Part shown: positions 13,001 to 25,920 of the stretch, piece after piece
Layout of the letters: the number at the start of each line of letters is the position of its first letter
Numbering within the stretch: the first letter of the stretch is position 1
Assembly (NCBI RefSeq): GCF_037042905.1
Contig: NC_087251.1
Coordinates: 27,592,001-27,656,000, forward strand
Reading direction: 5' to 3'
Length of the DNA: 64,000 nt
DNA from: Lytechinus pictus
Taxonomy: Eukaryota
Notes under the pieces: generated by a model
The model's input: only the letters and a program-made list of their open reading frames with translations
Told to the model about the DNA's origin: nothing
Database searches by the model: none
Position numbers and translations under genes: made by a program

Positions 13001-16000
13001 TTTCCTGTCTGATATTTTGACAGCACTAGTGAACAGTTTAAAACTTTGCATAATTAGAGCTCAAATTTGATTATCATGTAACCGAAAAACAAGGTGGGAC
13101 TGTTCTAAAATGCTTTTAATTCAGTTTTTTTTTGACGGGAGGGGATTAGGAGCTTCACCACTTCGGAGGCAGGCTACTTCGTGGTGTGTCATTCTTAATG
13201 TGTCAGAATTAAGGGTTCGTGTCATACCACAGGCATTTCTGACCCGCAGTGTAAATTTGTTGGAATTGTGTTATGGCGGGAATCCGCTGTTGTAAACATC
13301 GTCTGGCGTAGGCTATCATTATTACTAACTTAAAACTATGTAACCTATGCCGTATGATATACAGCTATTGAATATGAAATTATATTGATGATTATTGATT
13401 TTGATATTCATTGATGGAATGCAATTTTGTGGCAAATATGCTATAAAGAATATAAAAGCAATTGGTAATTTGAAGAAAAAAAAGCGCTTTACATATTATT
13501 TTTGTATTCCAATAAAGCAGTTATTATTGATCCATAACAACAGAAACATTATATACACCCACATACCTACACAAACACCCACACACCATTATATCCTCTA
13601 ACATCTTCAGGCTTAAAAAAAATCAATTCAATAATGGTATTTTATATCACAAATTCATACATACGTATCGCAGCCAAATGACTGATATTTTGACACGCTT
13701 CCACGAACTCTCCATCACATTACATTTCAAATTATAGAAGACAGTGCGTAGATAATTACAGTAGCATGATACCATTATACATTCAAACATTATGAGGAAA
13801 ATAAATTTTATTCCAAATTCTAAAAATCTAATCTGATACATTAATCAAAATTGCATATAATAATTGTTAAAAATTACCAATCCTAAAAGTTAACACATTA
13901 ATATAAAAAAAATCTTAACGAAAAATGCAATATTACATTAAATTAATGGTGTAAAATAGTGAAGGTATAATTACTATTAAAGTGTATTACATGGATAGAC
14001 ATATTGAGAATTAATTGTGAATCTTATCTATAAATTGTGAATCTTATCATAAAAGGTATTGCACTATTTTGGAATTTCTTTGTTTTGCCGCTAACTTGTT
14101 TATATTTCAGTTCTTTCCAAAGCATGTATCTAGATTAACAAGAGTTTGAATTGGGTGCTAAAAAAATGTAAGCAGATTACAGCCACTATTATGATATCGC
14201 AGAATATTATGAAGAATAAGCTTATCAAAGCAAGTGATAAAGGCGAAGATGTGAAAAACAAAGAAAATGAGACAGGATTAGAGTAACGAGGGATGATGAT
14301 TCTGATCAACAAACACGCAATATGAAAACTATCAACAATTCTAAGATCTCTAGAAAAGTAAAAATGAAAATATGTTTCATTTTCTTTTCCGCAAGACGAA
14401 AATGAACAGTTTCGTATTAATTTCTTTTCGTAATTTTAATTCATCAATTAGATTATTTCACCATTTTTTCTTTAATTTCGTTTCTACACGATCTGTTCGT
14501 AATATGATGAACTCAAATTTGATAATTCAAGTCATAATTATCTGAAATCATCTCATAATCTTGAAAATGGTTTTATGTCCTTATACCATTTTACAATATT
14601 TGATCAACCAGCTGTGCTGTAAAGCTGTGCAAAACCCACCGTACCATGATTAAACGGGGAATTTCCCTGCAAATTTAATCTAAATTCCCCTTCAGTCATC
14701 TTGGCAGAAGAAAATATGAAACCGGGGCCCCTCTTAGAATGCTTATTACAAGAAAAAATAAAATTGCTGAGAGCAATATTAGTCTCTCAAGAGCTTCTTC
14801 AGAGTATCTTTTCCCAATCGTCTTTATTCTAAGTTATCTGTTGCTCGGGGCATTTCCCCTTCATTTGCATAGTGTTTACACTCGAAAACTCATGATGAAG
14901 TATCACATTAATGGGCGAGCACAGGGGTGGAATGATGACGCAATGCAATATCGCATACAAAATGAGCGAAAATTGTTTGAACCTGTCGAAAGAAACGTAT
15001 ATAGCACCTACTTGCTACTGTTGATAAGATGGACTATTTGATTTTACAGAATATCTCCTAATTTTACGCACGTTTACCTGAATTTTGAAGCATATTTGGG
15101 GGTATAGGAGTGAATTTTAAAAAACACTTTGTAACTTTATTGATTTTTAAATAAATCCAGATCGGCAGTCAATGCTTACTACCAAATTCTAGATTAAGAT
15201 TTTAACATTTTTAAAGGTTGAAGATTCGAATCTGAATTATTCGATATTTAAGAATAAATACTTAGATTCAAATTGTATCAAGCATTCAACTGGTCACTGT
15301 AACCAAAGCAGATCGTTATTCAATTTTTTTCTAATCAATGTACATAAGATTGTAGGACTAAAAGTTGTCACGATGATAACTGAGTCAACAAACTCAACTC
15401 GCTATATATACGTCTTCATAACAAACTGATTTAGTTACTACCTTAACAATTTGCGAATGTGTGCCGAACCAATAGTCGCAGGTGTATGGGTGTGTAGACC
15501 TGCTTTCATTATTCACGGGATACTCGTCCGAAGGAATAGGTGCGTCTATACGAAGTTTTAGTAATATTTTTTTACGAAACGAAAAAAAAAATTGTACACG
15601 CGTACAAAAATTAATCCCTAATTCTTATATCTCAATTACAATAAGTATTTTACACGGACATCGAATATTGTTGTGTTAATGATTTTCACATGTGGAGAGG
15701 ACTACAATTCTGTTTTATTTTACCATGTTTACCCATTACAACGTTATATGCAGTGTTCGTCCAAAGCTTACTTTCATTAGAAAAAAAATATTGAATTTAA
15801 ATACATGTAAATTATTAAATGTCATTAAATCAGAGCCTTGCTGCTCAAAATCGATTAATGTGAGTATGTAAATATATTTGTGAGTCTTTATTAACTGTTA
15901 TTGAATAGTATTTGCTCGAATACCTTTTTACCTAATCATGTTAATGGTAATAGTCCCCAAGAGCGAGAGTTGGATGATAAATCGCTTGTATAGACGTCCT

Positions 16001-18147
16001 TCTTAAGCACTTTCATCTCTCATTAGGAAAGTCAAATACGTTCCAGTCAGGTCACACCCTCGATATACACCGCCAAACCTACTTCAGTCATAATTCAAAT
16101 ACCGATAACTGCTTTGCCATTCGCATCAATGTGTTCAAGTTGGTCGTCTGGTCAGGATCGATCTTCTCGGTGTGCCCGGGGTATGGGGGTAAGAGCAGCA
16201 CCCTTCCCATTTGCACACAAGCGTGACGGGTTAGAGTGAGAAATGGCATGTCCATGAAATTCACTCTTTATCATTTAAATATTTCATGATGATACTGGCA
16301 GCGGAGAGCGTCTTGGGAACAGATCTCTTTGGAATACAAGAGAAATGTATTTTCTGCAAAGGAGGAGGAATATATAGAATAATTTCTCACCTTTTGAGTA
16401 TTGCAGTCAAGGGCAATTGCTTCTATGCTCTAAACTTTCCAAATGAATAAAGTGAATAGTGTATACCATGTATTTCCCCCCAGTGAGTGGTTAGATTTAC
16501 ATCATGTAGTATGTGTTACTTTTGTTATAGTGCACGGTTGTGTATTTTCAATATTGATCCTGTGCTGTATGAGTATAGTATGGTATAATCGTCTCATTTT
16601 TCATTTGCCTGAAATGGCGTATACTGTATTAATCTGAAAATTAAATGATATTACTTAAAGAGGCGCCTCACTACTCAGACAATGAGAATGATATATTGTT
16701 CAACTTGTCATCGAATGAATTCCCTCATTTTTGTGTCAGTCTTAAGCAAATCCTTCGTCATAATGCTCGAATGGGGTTTGATGTATGTATCCTACCAAGA
16801 ATTCAACTTATATTCATTTTCAATTACAATCAAAATTATGCTCAGAATCAGTTTCTTATAGATCCATTTTAAAGAGCAATTCATCGTAAAAGGGTCCATT
16901 GTTACATTACTTGTATTCAATTGTAGATCTAGATTCAAGGCCCAGGCCATGTCTTTCAGATGGTGACGTATAGGCGTAAATGAATTATACTTGATTGATA
17001 CGGTCTGTAAACCCAATTGCCCCCCAACAAAAAAAAAACAAAAAAAAACATTAAAACAAAACAGAGCGTTGATTTTACCAAAATTTAAACCCATGCATAT
17101 CCTTCATTTAAAAATACAATAACGTACTTAGATTGATATCGATATTATCATCAACAAATCACAGTCTTTTTTATTTTGGGTCATATTTCATTTCATTCGA
17201 AAATGAAGAATGGATTAGCGAAAATATTAAAGATAATCGACATGGCAGTAAGCTAAATATTGCATCAGGGAACATTTTTTTAATGAAAGTTGCACGCCTC
17301 GTAAATATGAGTACATTTTTTAGATAGCAGATAGTTTGGAACATTAAATCAGGAAAAGGGCTCTTTTTTGTCAAAGGCCTTAGTGATCTTAGATAGCTCC
17401 TATGTGAAACTAAATCCTGACCGAAAGGAACAAGCGATATGTCTTTACCACAAAACGAGATTTCTCTTCAAGAAGATATTTTTCCCACGCACCTGTCATA
17501 TTTTTCATTCAAACAACAAATCTCATTTTATACGATGCTGAAGAAGATTTCGAACATGTTCTTAGCATCACGGCCACACAATGTCAATCCACATGGTCAT
17601 ACAATGATAGCAAGAGATGCATTAAGCTTTAATTGACTTCATTGTTTATACCAAGTGATATGCCCAAGGATAGAAGTGCTCACTTAAAATAGGATGACTG
17701 ATGGAGACATATTAGCTGCCTGGAAAATGTCAAATCGTATTTTGTCTCAATTAAAGTAAAATTTGAAGTAACCAATGCATCGATGGATCTTAGCATAATA
17801 CATGAAGGATACGCTTACAGTCTGCGGTAGAGAATCGAACTGAAATTTTAATTCCAGTTGGGTATTAATTCAGCGCCTTATGAAGATAACTTTTTGCAAT
17901 TTGATTGTAAGAGTTTAGTCGTCAACCGCATATAATACACTTCAATTTCATATTTTATTATGATCGATTCAATCAGGTACAAAGTGATTAGATTGGTATA
18001 CCCAGACCTGGGTATACCAATCCGTGTATAAAGCCTTTGGAATAATGTTTCTTTAAAAAATGAAATGGTAAAGAACTTAAGAAACATTTTTATATGTTTA
18101 CTAGATTCTATCCACAGTAATCTTTCATGCAAGGTAGATTTGCCTCA

Positions 18148-18173
18148 GATATATATATATATATATATATATA
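18148..18173. repeat. (AT)n microsatellite
   Basis: Read directly from the sequence. Confidence 0.95.
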
Positions 18174-18464
18174 TTACACTGGTGATCGGGCGCTGATCCT
18201 AGAAGGGGGCGCAAAGGAGGCACATTCCCTCTTTTTACTAAAAGTTGTACACCTTGATGAGAAGTGACACCCTTCCCCGTCCCCTGGAATTGAGGATGCA
18301 AAACGGCCTGTTTTCTATAACGACCTGTTTCTTTTGCTTGTCTGAATTGTTTACGTCTTTGTTTTTTTTTTTTTATAACTCTTCTTGTAAAAAATCATCA
18401 ATTTTATGTGCCCCCTTCCATCATGAAATCATCGTTCTGCCCCTGATAACGCATTACCCCCATA

Positions 18465-18651
18465 CATGGGGCTGTTTCATAAAGCTGTTCGTAAGTTAAT
18501 AGCTACTTTAAGAACGACTGGTGATCCTTTCTTACGCGCTAAACCATCGCCAATGAACATTTTGGTACATACCATTTACCACAAGAAATGATCACAAGTC
18601 GGTCTTAAAGTCGCTCTTAACTTACGAACAGCTTAATGAAAAACCCACATG
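18465..18651. mobile_element. MITE, PIF/Harbinger-like, related to 6303-6484
   Basis: TIR gggctgtttcataaagctgttcgtaagttaa / ttaacttacgaacagcttaatgaaaaaccc. It shares tgtttcataaagctg.tcgtaa and acgactgg with the 6303 element. Confidence 0.75.
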
Positions 18652-18991
18652 ACAATAAAGCCTCTCATGATAAGTTTAATATTTGTCTCAGACATAACAG
18701 AATTAGCATAATTATCTATTCATTTTGCAATTAGGGCCGTTTTCATTACAGACCAAGTAATATTTGAATAGACGCGTATTGATGGTTCTTTTCTAGTTAA
18801 TTAAGAATGATTAATTTTGAAAGAGAACATGTTCAGCAAGTTGCCTGATAGTCTGAAGGTTATCTAGGCCTCAAGGTTCATTGATCTCGAAATTCGATAT
18901 TCTAAATACATAAATTGTCTTTGCCAATAGTGGTCCCTATTTGATAAATGGTATAATCAAAGCAATGTAACGCGCTGGACTATAACCCTTA

Positions 18992-19187
18992 CACTCTTAA
19001 AAATGTTGGGCAACATACGGTCCACACAACAATTGGTTAAAACTTTATCCAATTCTGGGTAGTTTTACACCAATAATGTGTGCTTTGGGTGAAAACTACA
19101 CATTATTGGTGTAAAACTACCCAGAATTGGATAAAGTTTTAACCAATTGTTGTGTGGACCGTATGTTGCCCAACATTTTTAAGAGTG
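18992..19187. mobile_element. Fold-back MITE with perfect long inverted arms, flanked by TA
   Basis: 18990-19081 is the exact reverse complement of 19098-19189 (92 bp including the TA), with a 16-bp spacer. Confidence 0.95.
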
Positions 19188-19621
19188 TACATGTATATAA
19201 CTATCTGTGTAGGAATCCTGGATATGAGCTTTAATTTATAGTTGATAGGATACTGCTTGATATTACCTGGGGGCGATGTGACACCTCTCGAAATTCAGTG
19301 CAAATTTCGCGTTTCATGAATTTGTGTACACCATAGCAAATATTCATTTAACTTATAGCTATATCATTATAGCCTGGCTGTGGTGATATACATATAATAA
19401 GTAATCCATTTGAATATGTTTACAAGAAAATTTGACTAAAACAATAATATTGATATTAAAGTATTAATTCATCAATGGTAACCTATTTATAATTATGTAA
19501 TATGATTATATACTGTACATTAGTATTATTTTCAATGTTAATGAGTTAACGTTTATTGTCACGACAATACAACTTGTACTATTATATAATTATATTATAA
19601 CGTATCGAATTAAGTAATTCC

Positions 19622-20514
19622 ATTAACTTTTTTGGTGTCACATTGGATAATCTTTTGAGTTTTAAGTACCATATGATAACTGTATTACATAAGATAAGTA
19701 GGAATACTGGTTTAATTTACAAACTTAAGCATAGTTTACTTCATAAAAATCTGATAACTCTATACCATTCCATAATTTTCCCTTATTGCAATACTGTCTG
19801 GGCTACCAATGTAACCTCATGTGAATTGGACTCAATATTCAAAATTCAAAAGAATTGTTTACCTAGCACCATCCGCACCTTTATTTAAGAAATTGTCTTT
19901 ACTTAATATAGATGATATTAATAGGCAAGAACTCGCAATATTTATGTATAAGTACAAGAAGAGGTTATTACCCACTCCTTTTCAGATCTTTTTCAATACA
20001 ATAATCAAGTTCATAATCATAATACCCGTTCTTCCAATAAATTTCATTTATGGTCTATCAAGTCTAGTCACGAAGCTAAATCATTGAGTTATGTAGGTCC
20101 CAAACAATGGAATGAGATTCCCCAAATAATAACTAATTCACAATTTATATCATCCTTTAGAAAACAGTACAAAATTTTTCTAGTAAATGATTATTAATTT
20201 TCGCAGTTGATATCAATGCATTACTTGTACCATATCTACCCCCCCCCTCCCTTCGATTCGTGTCTTTTTGTATTCTTTGTTGTTGTTTTTTCCTCCTTTT
20301 TCCTACATTGTATTTACTATAATGATATGACATTCTGTGTTTTTTTTACTTAATATTGTTGTCGTTTTACTATGTTTTTGCGATCCAGCCTTACAGGTTT
20401 CTTATAACCTTCATGGAAAGTCATGCAATTTACTTTATTATCTAATCACATTATTTGATGTTTCTTTGTATTTTTATCCTATTTTGCGAAATAAAGATTG
20501 AATTGAATTGAATT
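19622..20514 (+). mobile_element. 5'-truncated, frameshifted non-LTR retrotransposon (L2/Crack/CR1 group): ORF2 C-terminus and 3' UTR
   Basis: Translated fragments across frameshifts: FFGVTLDNLLSFKYH..KISRNTGLIYKLK..LYHSIIFPY.CNTVWA, APSAPLFKKLSLLNIDDI..FMYKY and HNHNTR..GPKQWNEIP..SFRKQYK, with a stop at 20195-20197. AATAAA at 20490 is followed by a (TTGAA)n tail. Confidence 0.9.
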
Positions 20515-21389
20515 ATTATAGAGAGAGCTTTTTGATAAAATGTTGAAAACGTTTGAAAATCTGAACCCGCAAATTGACAGCCGTAGATCTATATAATTAT
20601 ACTAACCCATCTTCCCCCTCTTATCTATACACATCTCCCTTCTTCTTCCTCATCCTCTCTTCCTGACCCTCTCTTCCTCCCCCATCCCCTCTCTCCCTCT
20701 TGCTTTCCAATTAACCGGTATTTCATTCAATTTTTTCCTCCCGACCTCCTTTGACTCTCCTTGTCCCCTTATATCCGTTTTATGTAATATTTCAATGCCA
20801 CTTTTCTAGTTCAAAATTCAGAATTTAAAAGCACAGATGGTACGTGCTCAGAATAATAAAAATACGTTTTAAGGTAACTTGATACCAAGGCTATATATCT
20901 ATCTTATCGGGAAAGGAAAGGGGGAAATGGAGGACGTTTCTGCATTTTCCAAGAAGAGGATAACAAAAAAAGGGGACATTGACTTACCTCATCTTATTTC
21001 ATACTTGAGCTCTAGACCTTGGAGAAAAATTCCATTAAGATAATTGTCTTAGATCGCGATGAAATAAGATCTTGAGAGCGAGACATATTAAAACCATATA
21101 TTCCGTTTATCCTCGTTCATTCAACTCTGAAAAATAAAGTCTTCAAATGTCAGCTGGTAAAAATATTGCGGTTTGTGAATTAAAACTGTGACTACTAATA
21201 AAATATACTTTCCATATTTCATTTTTTATCCTGACTGAAACTCTCTAAAATATGATTAAAAAAAAAAAAAAAATTTCTTTATAAACACAATAGTTGTCAT
21301 TTGAATAAAATCGTTATCCCATTCCAACATTGAGGCAGATTTATTGCTTCTTTAAAATTGTGCTTATCACCTGGACTAAGAAGTGATAC

Positions 21390-21518
21390 ACAGGCATCTT
21401 GTCGGTGACTTTCACCGACAGATTTGCTCTGAGCCAATCAGATGCAAGGATTTCAGCCGCTTGTAACAGCTAGAATGTGAAAATCACTTACTATTTTGTT
21501 TCGTGAAATGCTCCCCTG
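21390..21518. mobile_element. Partial Harbinger-like MITE containing a CCAAT box
   Basis: Right end tttcgtgaaatgctcccctg resembles the other Harbinger-like ends. Internal hairpin tgtcggtga-ctt-tcaccgaca and agccaatcag. Confidence 0.45.
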
Positions 21519-22436
21519 GACGGAGGAGGTTTTGAGGAATCCAGGGAAGAGTCATGACAAGTACCTGCACTTTCTAAAATAACTGGATTTTTCTTTCTGA
21601 GTAATATTGATGTGAATTGAAAAGGTGGAAGAAATTACCTAGTAATGACTTCATTTTCTTCTTTATTAAATCATTAATTGTCCTTTATGGAACTTTTATA
21701 ACAGATTAGCATTTGACGTTAATTTGAATTCTACCAGTATATGAGCATTATTTGTAGCACGGAGGTGTTGGTTTCGCTTTGCCAGCCTCATCACCTCAAT
21801 TACCAAGAGGGAATCAGTTATGGATGGTGAGAAATTATTACCCCCTTAGTACTATAGTAGAGCACTTTCTTAGGAGTGAATGAACTGAATATCATTCACA
21901 TTAATGCATTATTTGGCAACAAAGTGGAACCAAGATACAATATCTCTAGAACTTATTAGTGACAAGTGACACATGCATCCTATCTTTTAAGTTAGTGTGG
22001 TATGAGTTCAATTTAAACATACACTAATGAGAGTGTGTGAAACTAGAATGTAATGAAATGAAATGATAAAATGATGAAATAAAGCAACCTAACAAAAAGG
22101 TCAAATCGATGTCATACAGAATGATCTTTCGATCATTATACTTTATCCAACATGCCTATAATTATAATTTCAATTTGGCACCCGCATTATATGAGGTGCA
22201 CCTATCACGTCTGGAAAGCATCTACTCTGAGTTGAAATGGTCTTTTGGTGGAGAAATTGATGCTACTTTTTTAGATTGTGAGCGAAATTCGTGTAAGGGG
22301 GGATTTAGAAAGGATGATTATGATTGACCTCTTTTGTCTTAATTATGAAATTATACAATAATATCTGGATTGGAACTTCACATCTAACACTGATCGTGAA
22401 TATTGGTAACACCAGACGTGCTATTTTGAATAATTT

Positions 22437-22812
22437 ATCTCTCTTTTTTTTCTTCTGTCTTTCTATAACTGTCACCCTCTCTCGGTATTTATTTACCTCT
22501 TTCTCCACCTTTCCCCTTTATAACTCTATTTTCTTTCTCTTGTTTATTTCTCTCTCTCTCTATCTCCCATTTTGTTCTGACATTTCTCTCCTCGCTCTCA
22601 ATTGCCCTTGTCTTATACTCGTTCACCTTGAATGGTGCGCCTCTCTTACAATTTAACTTATAATATTTTTGCCTTTTATTTTACCCTTTCTGGTCCCCCT
22701 TCCCCATCTCCCTATATAACTCTCCCCTTCTCGCTCTCTCTCTCTCTCTGTATTTTCTCTTTCTCTATCTGCATCCCCTCCTCTACTTCTCCCCATCCCT
22801 TTTAACCCCTTT
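22437..22812. repeat. Pyrimidine-rich (CT) low-complexity tract
   Basis: Read directly. Similar tracts occur at about 2575-2800, 6520-6710, 8178-8250, 20610-20770, 24590-24720 and 44710-44965. Confidence 0.8.
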
Positions 22813-23301
22813 AATTCAATATCAAGAGAAGATACCATTTCACACCCTTTTCCCCGATATGTACCATATATCCAAGCATTTTAAACATCGAACATGCATT
22901 ATGAGCCCGAGGTTAAAACTTTGAATATTGACTTTCATATGTACAGTATATCCCTTTCTATAATTTTTCAGTTTGTTACGAATACTCCCTAGCCCACTTC
23001 AAGCGTCTTGACATGCTTGAAGGGATGGGTTAAGGCATGTAAAGAATGTCACGTGATTATTTCCTTGTACGTGAAAACCTCGCCGTGGTGTCGACTGTAT
23101 GGAGGAAACTATTCCACATGAAACGATGGACTTGATTTTCTTCTTGTAATAAGATTATCGGTGATGAGGGTTTAATGGGCGACAGTCGTAGCACAGAATG
23201 CGCCAGAAAGCGGCACGAACTTCTTCTGATGTTTCAGGAGGTATTTCGACGGGGTTTCATGAAGTTGGTATCAAAAGAGGTCATTATCGTGGCGAGGCTG
23301 T

Positions 23302-23610
23302 AGTAGCCTCGTTCAGACCTGGGATCATGGTCGGAGTAAAATTATATTATGCATGGATTAAAATTTCAAAGATATTTATCTTATCACGAGCCAGACGTGT
23401 TTTGGTAGGAGGGAAATTCGGAGGAAGCCCAGACGGAGTATAGTCGGAGTATTGCCCGCGCGTCTAGACAGAGTTACTCCGACCTTCATCCGACTAAGAT
23501 ACTCCTGGAAACCAGCAGGTAGGAGGGAGGGAGTTGATAAATATCTTTGGGATTTTAATCCATGTTTATCAGAAATTTACTCCGACTACACAGGTCTGAA
23601 CGAGGCTACT
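23302..23610. mobile_element. MITE with (AG)TAGCCTCGTTCAGACCTG TIRs
   Basis: Perfect 20-bp TIR agtagcctcgttcagacctg / caggtctgaacgaggctact, extending imperfectly to about 80 bp. Internal gtcggagta / tactccgac repeats. Confidence 0.9.
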
Positions 23611-25857
23611 GTCTTATCACGCTTTTCATAATCTCTTATCACAACAGGTGAGCGACAATTGCATTGAGGAGATTAGCCCGCAATATATAACGATAAATAT
23701 GGCTTTTTTTTAAAGAGGGAAACCAAATAGTTTCGATAAATGATTTGTCAAAATTTCTGCTGAATCTGTCGGCATTTCGTTGTTGTTTATGCTTGAATTC
23801 CCACGTAAAACTTGTTCTAATGCTTGTCAAGACATATTTACACGTATAAAGCGATAACCAGAAAAACAACGAAATAAAAAGAAAAAAGAATTTTGCTAGT
23901 GTGTCGTTGGATAAAGTAATACAATAAATTACAGGCAAACATAGCAAAATGTAAACTGTGCATGTCTACATTTTAACGACATTAAACTCAAGTGAGCAAA
24001 ATTGTGGGCAATGGAGCGACCAAAAGAAAATTCGATTCTAATTCCCAAGATAGAAAAGATTAAAAAGACGCATTGAAGCGGTAGGATTTATAAGTCGATG
24101 AAATTCTGAAATATTACTGAAGTATCATCGAGCCGTAAGACAATTTGTCTCAATTCTGCATTAAACCATCAGTCAAAAGGCGGGATCCTTTGCAGCATAA
24201 CTTTTAATAATGAAACAACATCCACCACTACCACATGACATAATAATGTTGGGATCGTATAAATGCGAAATGCTCTGCTTCAGCAACTGCAGTTTCTAAT
24301 AAGGGTATAAATTGAAATGGATATACACTTTCTTCATGTTTTAATCATTCTTAGATTGATGGTATAGTTGTCTTACGGGAAATCAGCCGAGAAGATAGAG
24401 AATTGTATCAGCAAGAGATGCTGGAAATGGGGCGATAAAAAAACTCTGAAACTATGTCACAGTCGAGCAGAGCGGATGTAGTCACATGATTTTATCAATT
24501 TCGTCACGAAATGTGTAATGAAGGATCTCTAACTCTCAGTAGACCAGATAAATCACGTAGACTTATTTTGATTGCATGATATAAAAAAGGATATGTATTT
24601 CTCATCTCATTCTCCCCGTTTTCAATATTTCTCTCTCTCTCTCTCCTTCCTAATCCTCTCTCTATACCCTCCCCGAATCCATCCATTCCCCTCACCCCCC
24701 CCCCCTCTTTCTCTTTGGCTCTTTAGATCCATTTTGTACTCTCATTCCTCTCGACTCAATTGTTGCAAAAACAGCGTCCTCAAATGTGTTTTACTCGATT
24801 CTACTACAGGGAATGTTAACACTGCAACGCAGAACGCTTTCAAAAACATAAAATACGTATTGCCAAATGCTCTTCATGTCAATTAGCAACCAAGAAGATT
24901 TTGTCGGAAATTGGTGAATCAAAACAGCAGTTTCGTCCTGGACTTTGGTCAAAGTAACGACGAATTTGCATATTATCGTCAGCTCCAAAACCAAAGACGA
25001 ACTGCTGTTCCGGTTCACCAATTTTCGACAAAGAATTCCCACCTGCCATTGTCAGCTGATGAACATTTTCAATCCGTTTACTGTTTTCTGAAATTCGTTT
25101 TGCGTGGCGGTGTGAAAACTCGCTACAATGTCGTCTTCTGACACAGTTGGTGTTCAACTTCTCCAACGCACCTATAACCTCTTCAAGAAACAGACTCAAC
25201 GCCCCAGGGAGCAAAATGTAAATGCTTTGTAGGACTTGTAACAATTTTTTTTGTGCTGCACTCTAAAAAATACCGTCTGGTAACCCAATTCGTCTCTCGT
25301 TGAATGCTCAAAAACTGTCATTTTAAAGTCAAGTGTGCTCTTTCTTTTTTTTCTCACTTTCTTTCTACTCAAAACTCAGAACAAAGAGTTATTTTTTAAT
25401 GTTTCTTTTGTAAAGATATTTGATCCTTGTTTCTCCTTATGGGTTTCTTGAATGCCCGCTTTAGGTGAAGTCTGTTGGACCGCCACTCTTACTTGTATAA
25501 GATTGCCTTTAGGCGGTCTTCAGTTGAACCAAGGGAACATACCACGTCGTGCATTGAAGAAGTTTGTTATTATCTCTGATGAAATACTCCGGTAAAGTCA
25601 GTGTGCGCCAATTGATTGAATGAAAAGAGAATCTTAAAAAAATTTCCCCTCATGTATCTACACATTGATGTTTCTTTCATTAATAAGATTTAGTAAAAAG
25701 GTCATTGCAATGGTGGTATTCGTTTTCCCATTGTTAGATACATGGCACATGAAATAGATTTACGGTAGATATCGAACTAGTTTCTCTCCCCTGTATGTCT
25801 GGTTCATACTAAACCGTGCTGCGAAATCACGTTCCTTCTTTGACATTCAGACGTGTG

Positions 25858-25861
<4 letters not shown>

Positions 25862-25918
<57 letters not shown>
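25862..25918. repeat. (AT)n microsatellite, ~57 bp
   Basis: Read directly from the sequence. Confidence 0.99.

Positions 25919-25920
<2 letters not shown>

Noticed and set aside
19643..20087. Two ORFs as a host gene
   Set aside because: They are frameshifted pieces of a LINE ORF2 C-terminus.
24791..25244. Overlapping 76-121-aa ORFs
   Set aside because: No recognisable domain and no consistent splice structure. A decayed transposon piece cannot be excluded.
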